DNA from: a virus
Length of the DNA stretch: 64,000 nt
Reading direction: 5' to 3' (one strand)
IMG/VR virus record: IMGVR_UViG_3300032235_000647
Location: 32,001 to 96,000 of that record
Shown: positions 46,301 to 55,247 of the stretch, one piece after another
Layout of the letters: each line of letters starts with the position of its first letter
Numbering within the stretch: the stretch's first letter is position 1
The notes under the pieces: generated by a model
Database searches by the model: none
Told to the model about the DNA's origin: nothing
What the model saw: the letters and a program-made list of their open reading frames with translations, nothing else
Program-made: the position numbers and the translations under genes

Positions 46301-48859
46301 TTTCCTTACATACAAGTAAGCAAGTTTGTATGCTCTTTTATATAAAACTGAATATGGTTTTTTACGAATTTGTGTTCGTTGTTTTTTAATGTTGATTAGT
46401 TTTTTATTTTTTGCAAAACTCCATCTCCTTGCAGCTCTTTGTGCTTGAGTTAAAGCCTCATCCAAACTTTCTTCATCTTCCCACTCTTCTAATTCTGCAA
46501 AATCATACTCTTGTTGCTGAGAATCCCAACCACAAGTGTGACATAAATATGGATGTTCATCTTTTACTTCAAGTTCCCATTCATGTTCACATATTTCACA
46601 TTTAATAGAAGTTCCAGCAATGGATTCCATCATAATTGGATCAGAACCCATCCACTCATTTTTCATCATATTGTCTACTAACTCAACATGAGATTCACCA
46701 GCTAATACAATAGGAATTTTACCTTGTGAAGATAATTCTTTTGTTTTTCTTAACAAATTTACATCTCTGAATTTATTAAAAGATTCTTGTGCAGCATGTA
46801 TTTTTGTTTTCTTATCACCATAATCATCTGCAAAAGATAATCTATATAGAGTATCAACATCTTCTTCAGTTGGATTTGAATCCCATGTATTCGATAAAGG
46901 TAGATTTGCTTCTTGTGCTGATTGTTTTAAAAGTTCTTTACCTTTATCGGTTAAGTAATCTTCAGGTGACATATCTTCTACACTATCACCTTGTCCTATC
47001 ATACTTGCCCAATTGGCAGCCATGACTTCTTCATTACTTAATCCAGTTTCTTGTTCTTGGTATTTGTATAGTGGAGATTCATTATCAAATACACTTGTCT
47101 CGTCACCATCCCATGTATCAATTCCTGCACCAATTTTTTGGAATTTCTTTGCAGCATAATCCATTTCGCCACCAAATTCCAACTCACCCTCATCATTACC
47201 CATTCCACCTTCACCTACAAACACAACGTCTTTCCATCTATCTTGTGGTATAGTTGATTTTACTTTATCAAGTATATCATCAACCATTTTTTTATTTCCA
47301 TGAACGGTTCCAAATACTTGCCCACCACCTTCAAGTTCGGTTGTTTGAATTTCCTTACCTGATTTAGCTCCTTGAAATGTATTTACACCTGATTTAGGTT
47401 GTTGTTTTTTAGCAGGATCACTTGATGGTAGTGAATCCTTATATCCACTATCTTTTGAAAAAATATTTTGTTTTGGTTTATTTTCAGGTGTAGAATCACC
47501 ACTCTCTATTGGAGTGTATTTACCACTATCATCTTTTTTAAAAATAGGAGCAGAAGAATCTTTTTCTTTACCTTTTTCCTTATATCTACCATACCCAATA
47601 TGGGTATATTTTTCATCTTCTTTATCGGCCTCAAAGAAAACTTGCTTTCCTTCCTTAACCAATCTGAATGTGACAACTTTTTTGCCATTTATAGTTGGCA
47701 TCCCGTGTTCGTCTTTACCGATTGTTTTTACAACTACTTTTTTATTTTTGAATTTACCCATCAATAGAGTATCTCCAATTTCAACTGGTAACGTGATTGA
47801 TTCCTTAACAACCTTTTTATCAGATTCTTTTGAAAGTTCTCTAGCACCTTTAGCAAGTTGTGTTGAAAGTTTATCATCAACATTTAATGCTTTATCAACT
47901 ACTGAATAACCAACTAATGATGCAGTACGAGTCACGTGTTTATACCACTTATCATAAGCACCATTTACCATTACATCAAATTCACCCATTGGGTCTTTTT
48001 TACCAATAGCACCTCTTGGAAAAAATGTAACTCTACCACTTGGTCCTTCTGGGTATGTAATATAATCATCCATTGAATCATCCATAACCATATTGATTAT
48101 TTCCCATCCAATTTGTTGAGCTCTTTCGCCGTTGATGACTTTAAACGAATTATAGTCCGGTAAGAAAATAACAGGACCATCATCAACCATATCTTGGCCA
48201 AATCCAGATGATACTTCTATGAGTAAATCTTCAAGTTGTGTTTTAGATAATCTGATACAAGATTCTTGTAACTTATTTGTAATAAGGTTGAATATTGTTT
48301 TGTTGAATTTAGAATATGCTCTATCTACAAAAAAGTTCTTTTTTTGTTCTTCACTTCCACTTCCCAATCCAATTCTTACTTCGGTTCCACTTACTCCTCC
48401 GCCACCCTCAGGTGCCACATAAATATATCCCTTATCTTTATATCCTTCGGTTGGGTTACCATCCCACTTTGCAAAATATTTACCACCCAATCTACTTGCA
48501 TCTTTTTGGCCAACTACGGTTACAAAAGCAGTAGTTTTTTCATCAAACTTTTTTAGGATTTCGGTAGGTGCATAAGGATTCTTGACCTCGTATATTTTGT
48601 TTGATGGAACACCAAACATCGTGGTCATAATTTGTTTTTTCTCCTTAAAATTAAATGGAGATTTTGGTTTTTCTACTTTATCAGAAGTTCCTATAAATAC
48701 ATTATCTTTTCCGAACTTACTAACTAAATGTGAATAAGTTGCATAATGACCTTTATGAAAAGGTTGAAATCTACCTGCATAAATGACTACTGTCTTTTTT
48801 ATGGGGGTAGATTCCTCTAATAATATTTGTTCTACTAAATATCTTGAAAGTTCGTTCAT
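43370..48859 (-). CDS. Giant multidomain protein: N-terminal HxGH nucleotidyltransferase, many small inserted domains, C-terminal ligase-like (KxDG) domain
   Basis: YAGRFQPFHKGHY; CEICEH/CHTCG zinc finger; EREHTTDTDIAKEIAMDHL module; GGAYGHMNHPFD...EKTDGQAL...EGIVF...KLTG. Confidence 0.75.
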   Translation of the reverse strand: MNELSRYLVEQILLEESTPIKKTVVIYAGRFQPFHKGHYATYSHLVSKFGKDNVFIGTSDKVEKPKSPFNFKEKKQIMTTMFGVPSNKIYEVKNPYAPTEILKKFDEKTTAFVTVVGQKDASRLGGKYFAKWDGNPTEGYKDKGYIYVAPEGGGGVSGTEVRIGLGSGSEEQKKNFFVDRAYSKFNKTIFNLITNKLQESCIRLSKTQLEDLLIEVSSGFGQDMVDDGPVIFLPDYNSFKVINGERAQQIGWEIINMVMDDSMDDYITYPEGPSGRVTFFPRGAIGKKDPMGEFDVMVNGAYDKWYKHVTRTASLVGYSVVDKALNVDDKLSTQLAKGARELSKESDKKVVKESITLPVEIGDTLLMGKFKNKKVVVKTIGKDEHGMPTINGKKVVTFRLVKEGKQVFFEADKEDEKYTHIGYGRYKEKGKEKDSSAPIFKKDDSGKYTPIESGDSTPENKPKQNIFSKDSGYKDSLPSSDPAKKQQPKSGVNTFQGAKSGKEIQTTELEGGGQVFGTVHGNKKMVDDILDKVKSTIPQDRWKDVVFVGEGGMGNDEGELEFGGEMDYAAKKFQKIGAGIDTWDGDETSVFDNESPLYKYQEQETGLSNEEVMAANWASMIGQGDSVEDMSPEDYLTDKGKELLKQSAQEANLPLSNTWDSNPTEEDVDTLYRLSFADDYGDKKTKIHAAQESFNKFRDVNLLRKTKELSSQGKIPIVLAGESHVELVDNMMKNEWMGSDPIMMESIAGTSIKCEICEHEWELEVKDEHPYLCHTCGWDSQQQEYDFAELEEWEDEESLDEALTQAQRAARRWSFAKNKKLINIKKQRTQIRKKPYSVLYKRAYKLAYLYVRKEWTQRLFGMTPYNELSLPQKTRVSQMVQKKKRKIVKLAKFRFLPALKQKEADRFKSVNQYPSNLTFDTPTNEMSMSQLRGVERYAEKQLSPQDIEFTQHFFDRVNDPRNGKPISDAELTGFFKRLSRIKNKFKEFLEKYKEIVVRDKRYDINIPFVKQANQAIAKTVMRKDDFKSSDPILSFESENLIDEVNSGFYDGVRGSMTPNDAAGATGYMYNHSWEEYDTQEYYLGSLPGFELVHEVPSKFELGRAVDQGIPLMVHGDGNKTSKYNRILKAHFKSPQEFMNSTKSIKKESKIPGGLSQGMSLSDIAKKHNIPVSELMDEFKKGYKVEREHTTDTDIAKEIAMDHLFEDPKYYTKLKKIEETIQKVDNKWVVYRKTGGEKLGTHETYEEALKQLREIELDKFRKINKKIDELAPHGYPDQAWMDNHEKEMKKLRKQLDTIHKKTYELKEEVARYIDPRRVEAFLKKYPKVEDFMQKIVDKVKDVNRGYQLFLHYKDEKRLEKTWGGKKLVKPKSTNVKGLGRTALNKTGKSFNSKPIYNYEWDGKIDGPIWGELFQYVWNKKYQSVKESLLKEGGAYGHMNHPFDTEINLTFGQLKDIVNRALDGNLELAREKTDGQALAISWVGGRLVAARNKGHLKNKGAGALDIKGVADKFTGRGELEKAYNFAMKDLTDAIKSLSEAQRFKIFKDGACFMNLEVIYPTSVNVIPYGQPLLVFHGTMEYDDEGNAIGENQGAAKILAGMIKQINKDVQDNYTIQGPPVLFLPKSQDLSSKKGKYTAKISKLQKEFGLKDTDGVAEYHQAWWNDYINKKSPSMLDNKTKMGLVKRWAFGDKGFRIDSKNITDEKVLNWALTTDKEDQAKITKQNLMKFEDIFLGVGAEVLQFTSSVLTVNPDAAIRDMKKRLDQTIKEVEKSGDPKKIEKLKLELRRLQAIGGADKIVPNEGIVFTYQGKTFKLTGAFASLNQILGIFYA

Positions 48860-48904
48860 AATATGATATACTTCATCAGTATATAAATATGAAGTATATA
48901 AAGT

Positions 48905-49033
48905 TTAGTGATTTTTATATACAAACGGATCTCGTTTACGAAGTTCTTCTAATTTTTTCTTGTAGATTTCTTGTCTTTTTTTCTCTTCTCGCTTATTTTT
49001 AAAATAAGCTATAATTTTCTTGATTGGGTTCAT
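48905..49033 (-). CDS. 42-aa basic protein (not in the ORF track)
   Basis: MNPIKKIIAYFKNKREEKKRQEIYKKKLEELRKRDPFVYKNH; fills the gap at the end of the glycan operon. Confidence 0.6.
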   Translation of the reverse strand: MNPIKKIIAYFKNKREEKKRQEIYKKKLEELRKRDPFVYKNH

Positions 49034-50465
49034 TTTCTAATAATTTATTAAGGTTATTAACATAAGTATCTGAAATATATTCTTCACTCATTGAAAGTAA
49101 ATGATTTCTATTGTATTCTAATATCGGATATAATTTTTCATATAATTCATCCCATTCTTCATTTGTTTTTTCTACTAATGATTTTACTACTTCATATACT
49201 TTTATAATCCTTTCAGAATTATTTTGTATAGTATCATAAGATTCATCCCAAAACTCTGAAAAAGTTTTGAATCCCCATTTTTGTAGTTGATTTATTATAC
49301 CTGGCTTACCCAATATTACAAATGGATGTAAGTGAGCAATTCCTTTAAATGTTTTTTCCGAAATATAATGTCCATGTTCGTAAAATAAAGTTTCGGTTAT
49401 TAAACTAAAATATGTGTTTAAGTATGGTTCTTTCTGTTCAAATCCAAATCCCCAAACTTTTCCAATATTATCATAATCAATTATATTCTTTGGATTTTTA
49501 CTTAATTTAAAATACCCACCAATCATTTTAGATTTATATTGTTTATTTTGAATATATGAAACACCATCATAATCGGTACCATTTGCCAATTCTAATCCCA
49601 TATCGTCAAGACCATAATCCCATAATGTCAAATCAATCGAGTACTCACATTCTTTTAACAAACCATCAGTTTGAAGTAAACTTAAAATAATTACTCTATG
49701 TGGTGCAACTCTTCTATTATATATTAAACATTTTTTTGGTTTATTTTTTGTATTCTTTAATTCATTTAGATTCATTAAAGAACATTCATTTGCATTTCCA
49801 TTAAATTCAAATACTGAATCTGTACTTAACAAATGTTCGGTCTCTTTTTTCTTAGCAGTTACTGACCAGCAATAATACGCAGTATAAAATTGTTCTGATT
49901 CTAAATTATTTTTTAAATACTCTTCGTAAATATCACGAGTATTCATTGATGAAGATATTACAATAACTTTTTTTGGTGGTATATCTAATTCTTTACATTT
50001 TTTATGCAAATTTTCAAATAAAGAGTTTCTTATATCACCTTCACTACTATAATCCACAACTAAATAAAAATTAGTAGCATTTCTTAAATATTTTTTAGCA
50101 ATTTCAGATATAAAATCAAATGAATGTGTATGTTCATGATAATTTGTATTTTTACCAGTACAAGTATCAATACTACCATACGGATGAACTGTCATTAAAA
50201 ATAATGATTTATCCATTGAGTTTTCAAGAATTTTTTCATTCTCATCATATCTTACATCTGATATGTGTAAATCATTTAAACTCAATGGTAAATTCAAATT
50301 ACATTCATATACAGGTACTTGAACGTATTTTGAATTAAAAGTTTCTATAAAATTGTGATTAATCACAAAATTATTATTCCAAATATCATCAGTAAAATTC
50401 CAATTCCACCCAGTAGGAACAAATCCAGCAGGTCCCACTACATCAAATAATCTTTTAATTTTCAT
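48999..50465 (-). CDS. Putative glycosyltransferase-like protein (paralog 1)
   Basis: YNRR...HR and FSLITET...ISEKTFK...HPFVILG...GFKTFSEFWDESYD, reminiscent of the GT10-like 'xTEK' motif. Confidence 0.5.
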   Translation of the reverse strand: MKIKRLFDVVGPAGFVPTGWNWNFTDDIWNNNFVINHNFIETFNSKYVQVPVYECNLNLPLSLNDLHISDVRYDENEKILENSMDKSLFLMTVHPYGSIDTCTGKNTNYHEHTHSFDFISEIAKKYLRNATNFYLVVDYSSEGDIRNSLFENLHKKCKELDIPPKKVIVISSSMNTRDIYEEYLKNNLESEQFYTAYYCWSVTAKKKETEHLLSTDSVFEFNGNANECSLMNLNELKNTKNKPKKCLIYNRRVAPHRVIILSLLQTDGLLKECEYSIDLTLWDYGLDDMGLELANGTDYDGVSYIQNKQYKSKMIGGYFKLSKNPKNIIDYDNIGKVWGFGFEQKEPYLNTYFSLITETLFYEHGHYISEKTFKGIAHLHPFVILGKPGIINQLQKWGFKTFSEFWDESYDTIQNNSERIIKVYEVVKSLVEKTNEEWDELYEKLYPILEYNRNHLLSMSEEYISDTYVNNLNKLLENEPNQENYSLF

Positions 50466-51003
50466 AATATAATTCAGGATATTCTACTAAAATAATTGGT
50501 CCATTTGATGATAATGCTTTTTTATATGCAGGAAGAATTTTATCAGCTGAATCCAATTTTATAATGGGAATATGTTTTAACATTGAAGAAAATTCATCAG
50601 AATAATCTGCCTTATGTTGATGGCCAGGATCCAATGGTTTATCAGAACCCTTTCCTACTCTAATGATTACATTTGGAATAAATTGACCATCTGACATTGA
50701 TTCAAGTTTATCCAAATGATTTATTAATTGGTTTGATGCACAAATAAGAAAATCCCATCTTGGATAAAATGATACTACACGATGACCTGTCATGGCCAAC
50801 CCAATACTCATACCCATCTGAGTTTCCTCCATTACTGGAGTTTCAATCATTCGTTCTTTTGGTAACCCTTCAATAGTTTTACTCATTGGGTTTCCATAAT
50901 ATACAATTTGTTGGCCAATAAAAATTGTGGAAGGGTCTTCCATGCACAATTTCATTGATTCTGTCAATGCATCTAAATACGGTGTATATTGTGGTGAACT
51001 CAT
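50455..51003 (-). CDS. TPP-dependent enzyme beta subunit (transketolase/E1-beta pyrimidine-binding domain)
   Basis: FIGQ, IETPVMEETQMGMSIGLAMTG and NQLINH. Confidence 0.85.
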   Translation of the reverse strand: MSSPQYTPYLDALTESMKLCMEDPSTIFIGQQIVYYGNPMSKTIEGLPKERMIETPVMEETQMGMSIGLAMTGHRVVSFYPRWDFLICASNQLINHLDKLESMSDGQFIPNVIIRVGKGSDKPLDPGHQHKADYSDEFSSMLKHIPIIKLDSADKILPAYKKALSSNGPIILVEYPELYYEN

Positions 51004-51995
51004 TATGGTCTTGAATTTGGATTATACTGATGTTTGTTTTCTTTATACCACTCAAGTGTTTCTTTAAGTGCCTGTTTCAAATCTCTTTTAGGTTTCCAAC
51101 CTGCTGTATTTATTTTCTTTGATGATAATAAACGAATCGGAATCATTGGTGCCTTATTATTTACATAAGAAATAGGATTATCATTTCCTTCTATTTCTTT
51201 AATCCATCCCAACACTTCATTTACACTAAATCCTTCACCATACGCAACATTAAAGATATTATATGTATCGTTGTTTTCGGCAACCCAAATGAACCCATCT
51301 GCCATATCTTCAACATGAAGTAAATCTCTAACTTCAGAGCCATCACCCCATACTGGAATTGGATTTAATCCATCAGCAACTTTACGAATATTTGCAGGAG
51401 TAACATGACATTTTTCGAAATCAAATTTATCGTTTGGTCCAAATGCATTTGAAGGTCTAACAATCAAACACTGCATTGGATTGTGAATTTGGTGTGAAAA
51501 ATAATCACAAAGTAATTCACCATATCGTTTCATATTACCAACTGCTCCATAAATTGGAAAAGTTGGAGTTGCGTGAATGTTTATATCTTCGGTACAAAAC
51601 TCATCCTTCATATCAGGATAAACGGTATTAGATGAAATGAATAGAAATTTCTTTACTCCATTTCTCCAACTTTGTTCCATAAGATTTACATTCATTTCAA
51701 CATTAGGTGTTACATGAAGTAATGGATTTTCTTTTGTATCTAATGCGTTAGATGTATTTGCTGCACAATGAAATACAACATCTACATCCTTTGTAACATT
51801 TTCACAAAAAAACTTTGTCTGCAAATCACCTTGAAAATGGTGTACTGATTCCCATCCATCAAAATCACCTCTTAAATCTCTTGAAAAAGAAGTTGATCTT
51901 AAATTTCTATAACCTTTTTCCCAAAGTAATCGCAGTAAATGTGAACCAATGAATCCACTTGCACCCGTAACTAAAATAGTATCTGTTTTTTTCAT
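51003..51995 (-). CDS. NAD-dependent NDP-sugar epimerase/reductase (GDP-fucose synthase-like)
   Basis: VTGASGFIGSH, RPSNAFGPND and VWGDGSEVRDLLHVED. Confidence 0.85.
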   Translation of the reverse strand: MKKTDTILVTGASGFIGSHLLRLLWEKGYRNLRSTSFSRDLRGDFDGWESVHHFQGDLQTKFFCENVTKDVDVVFHCAANTSNALDTKENPLLHVTPNVEMNVNLMEQSWRNGVKKFLFISSNTVYPDMKDEFCTEDINIHATPTFPIYGAVGNMKRYGELLCDYFSHQIHNPMQCLIVRPSNAFGPNDKFDFEKCHVTPANIRKVADGLNPIPVWGDGSEVRDLLHVEDMADGFIWVAENNDTYNIFNVAYGEGFSVNEVLGWIKEIEGNDNPISYVNNKAPMIPIRLLSSKKINTAGWKPKRDLKQALKETLEWYKENKHQYNPNSRP

Positions 51996-51998
51996 AAC

Positions 51999-52964
51999 TT
52001 ATTTTTTATACTCATTTAAATAATAATCAATTGTTTGTTTTAATCCTTCTTTAAGGGATACTTGTTGAATAATACCAAATGATTCTGCTCTTTCGGTACT
52101 CATCAATCTTTTTGTATCGCCGTTTGGTTTTGTTGGGTCCCACTCAATATCCACTTTAACTCCATACATTTCTTCGTAGATTTCTACAAGAGTTTCTGCA
52201 AGTTCTTTGATTGTTACACCAGTTCCACTACCCAAATTAATTGGTTGTGTTAATTTTTGTTCGTACGCCTTAATAATTCCATCGGCAATATCACCTGCAT
52301 AGATAAAATCTCTAATAGGTGAACCATCTCCCCAACATACCAATGGATGTTCTTTTTCACCAAACAATCTTTTAATAAGTGATGCAATTACGGTTGATTC
52401 AGGTCCAAAATTATCGTGTCTACCATAAATGTTAGCAGGTCTTACAATTGACGCCTTATTCCAGTCATAAGATACTGAATAAACTTCTGCTTGTAATTCA
52501 CCTAGTCTCTTTGCCCATCCAGCATATTTATCTTTTTCCGATGGGAAAGTTTTCCAAACATCATCTTCATAAAATACTTCTGCTGGTTGATAAACTCCAA
52601 CCGTTGAAGTGTATACATACCATTCAACATCTTCCAATCTTGCTGCTTCCATCATATTGGTGTTGAATTGTAACATTGGTACAAAATAATCTGCAGGTTG
52701 CTCCATTGCTCTTTTCGGAGAACCCTTTACACCTGCAATATGAAAAATTATTTCTTGTCCTTTTACAACTTGTTTACACGAATCAAATTCTCTCAAATCT
52801 GCCTTGATAAACTGATAATTACCATCTTTATACTTTTCAACTTGATTCATTGGTTCGTGGATATCCACTGCTGTTACAAGTGCACCTTTATCGATACACT
52901 TTTGAACCATATAATTACCAACTAATCCATTGGCACCTGTTATTAAAACCTTTTTACCTTCCAT
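51999..52964 (-). CDS. NAD-dependent NDP-sugar epimerase/reductase
   Basis: ITGANGLVG, RPANIYGRHDNF and WGDGSPIRDFIY. Confidence 0.85.
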   Translation of the reverse strand: MEGKKVLITGANGLVGNYMVQKCIDKGALVTAVDIHEPMNQVEKYKDGNYQFIKADLREFDSCKQVVKGQEIIFHIAGVKGSPKRAMEQPADYFVPMLQFNTNMMEAARLEDVEWYVYTSTVGVYQPAEVFYEDDVWKTFPSEKDKYAGWAKRLGELQAEVYSVSYDWNKASIVRPANIYGRHDNFGPESTVIASLIKRLFGEKEHPLVCWGDGSPIRDFIYAGDIADGIIKAYEQKLTQPINLGSGTGVTIKELAETLVEIYEEMYGVKVDIEWDPTKPNGDTKRLMSTERAESFGIIQQVSLKEGLKQTIDYYLNEYKK

Positions 52965-52999
52965 TTTCTTATTTTATATATACATATATGTTTTTATTT

Positions 53000-54124
53000 T
53001 TATATTGGTTTCCTACCATCGTTTTTAATTAAATCAGTAAAATTTGATTGAATATAAATTTTATTAAATTTATATAAACGATTTACTTCATCAACAAAAT
53101 TATGATATTCATTATGCTCCTCCATCCAAACTGCTTTACGTGTAAATGATTCATAATCCATGTGAGTCCATTGATATATTTTACCAAAATAAACAAGAGT
53201 TGCTTCGGAGTATTGTTGTTTCTGAATTCTATTTTCAAATTTTTTGTAAATCAATTCAGCAAACTCCCTCATTTCTTTGTAATTATCTAATTGAGTAACA
53301 AATGAACATCTTAAATTTTGTATAGTCGGTATAGTACTAATAAAATCTAAATTCTCCATTAAAACTTCCCAATTACCACCAATTCTTGTTTTATTTTCGT
53401 AGGTATCTTTTGTAGCAGCATCTATTGATATTTCTACTGATTTAACATACGGATGTGCCTTTTCTATCCTCTTCCAATTCTTTTCATTAAATAAATTGGC
53501 ATTAGTTGTCAAATAAATATCATCCAAATTTGGCCATAATTTTGGGTCAAATTCAAATAAAAATTTTCTAAATGATTTTGATGCCCAAGGGTCACCACTA
53601 CCTGTTATTGCTAATTTTCTTGCTTCTTTTGAATAGTTATTTTTTATAAAATCAGTTATATTATCAATTTTTATAATTTCATTTGGTTTTGCCATTATAA
53701 CGTGTAATCTACATGATGGACATTTTAAATTACAACTATCATCATAAGTAAAATTAATTGAACCAGGTCCTGAACTTATATTTTTGTCATCTACTACAAA
53801 TCCATCATGCATTTTAAATGGTAATTTTTCTTTTTCTACAAAAAATCCACTTGCTTTTTGAGTGTTTATCAATGTACTTAAATGAGGACAGGCAGTTTTA
53901 TGACAATGTGAATACGAACCATCTAAAACAGATTCTCTGATTTTATTTGCAGTTTCAGATTTCCAAACATCGTAATTTAATGTACCATCTTCATTTTTAC
54001 CATACCATAATTTTGTTTCCAACCAAGTTGGACAACATAATGTTGCATGGTCTTCAAAAAATTCTATATGTTTGAATGGTTGAATACAAATATATTTTTT
54101 AAGAATGTCTTCTTTATTTTTCAT
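53000..54124 (-). CDS. Radical SAM protein with N-terminal SPASM/twitch-like Cys cluster
   Basis: CNLKCPSC and ITGSGDP; N-terminal CIQPF...LCC...C. Confidence 0.85.
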   Translation of the reverse strand: MKNKEDILKKYICIQPFKHIEFFEDHATLCCPTWLETKLWYGKNEDGTLNYDVWKSETANKIRESVLDGSYSHCHKTACPHLSTLINTQKASGFFVEKEKLPFKMHDGFVVDDKNISSGPGSINFTYDDSCNLKCPSCRLHVIMAKPNEIIKIDNITDFIKNNYSKEARKLAITGSGDPWASKSFRKFLFEFDPKLWPNLDDIYLTTNANLFNEKNWKRIEKAHPYVKSVEISIDAATKDTYENKTRIGGNWEVLMENLDFISTIPTIQNLRCSFVTQLDNYKEMREFAELIYKKFENRIQKQQYSEATLVYFGKIYQWTHMDYESFTRKAVWMEEHNEYHNFVDEVNRLYKFNKIYIQSNFTDLIKNDGRKPI

Positions 54125-54125
54125 G

Positions 54126-55247
54126 TTACAGATTTTTAAAAAACAAACTTATACCATCCATTTTCATTTGATTAAAATGATTTTTATTATATATACAAAT
54201 TTCTTTTGTTTGCTGGTATAGTTCATTTAGTTTATTTATATCATATGAATTTAATTTTAAAACCACTTCAGAAATTTTAAAATATCTTTCTCTAGGCTCA
54301 AATATTGTATCATATGATTCATCCCAAAATTTTGAAAAGGTTTTAAATCCCAATCTTTTTAACTCTTTAAGATAGTTACAAGGCCCAAAAACTATAAATG
54401 GTTGATAATTTAAAATCGGTTTTAAAATCTTTTCTGATATAAACAATTCGTTATTTACATACGATGATTCAGTTACCAAATGAATACACGAATTTAAAAA
54501 TAAATCTTTCCGCATAGTATTGTTAACAGTAAAATTAAAATTTTTATTTGTATCCAACTCTATCGGAATATGTTTTATATATTCTTCTACTTGTAATTTC
54601 TGTTCTTGAAAAGGAAAACAATGTATTCCTTCAAATGTTAAAAAACTAAAATACGAATCACTAAAATCATTTGTTAAATAATCATGTAATAATGAATATC
54701 TGTGTTCTTTATCTACCGTTCTATTAAACGATAAAAATTTTTTACTTCTAAATTTATTTAGTTCATCTAATGATATCTCTTCACTTTTGTATCCCAAATC
54801 AGTTTTAACATTAAAAAATGAATTTTTATGATTGATTGCATCTTCAAGAAAAAAATGATAAGAATATACATTTCTTTCTTGCAAATTTACATTACTAGTT
54901 AAGAATATACATCTATGTAAAATTCCATGCTTTTTTAATTTTAAAGCTAATTTTCTATATCTTTCAAACGGTGGTGCGTCTGCAATAGAACATAATATTA
55001 TTTTTAAATCATGTTCTTCTATAAATTTTTTAATATCTACTTTTCGTAAAATAGCATCAATTCTCTTTTCAAGAGCATGATACATTTCAGTAGGCTCTAT
55101 CAATATGTAATTTTTATAATCTGTTTTAATATTTGGAAATTGTGTACACGAATATTCATTTATGACCTTTTGAGTCATAGGTCCTTCGAAACACCACTTT
55201 CCATAATTTGATTCAGGTGGTAAAATAAAATTTAAAAAACTACCCAT
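54126..55247 (-). CDS. Putative glycosyltransferase-like protein (paralog 2)
   Basis: FLSFNR...HR and LVTES...ISEKILKPI...PFIVFG...GFKTFSKFWDESYD. Confidence 0.5.
   Translation of the reverse strand: MGSFLNFILPPESNYGKWCFEGPMTQKVINEYSCTQFPNIKTDYKNYILIEPTEMYHALEKRIDAILRKVDIKKFIEEHDLKIILCSIADAPPFERYRKLALKLKKHGILHRCIFLTSNVNLQERNVYSYHFFLEDAINHKNSFFNVKTDLGYKSEEISLDELNKFRSKKFLSFNRTVDKEHRYSLLHDYLTNDFSDSYFSFLTFEGIHCFPFQEQKLQVEEYIKHIPIELDTNKNFNFTVNNTMRKDLFLNSCIHLVTESSYVNNELFISEKILKPILNYQPFIVFGPCNYLKELKRLGFKTFSKFWDESYDTIFEPRERYFKISEVVLKLNSYDINKLNELYQQTKEICIYNKNHFNQMKMDGISLFFKNL

Larger units (their letters stand above)
4444..48889 (-). promoter_or_regulatory. Dispersed putative late-promoter motif TA(T/C)TTATA on the coding strand
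   Basis: Plus-strand TATAA(A/G)TA at 4444, 9055, 12775, 20167, 25410, 26727, 29679, 30020, 38062, 40341, 42656, 43338 and 48882, mostly 16-41 nt upstream of a start codon. Confidence 0.65.
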
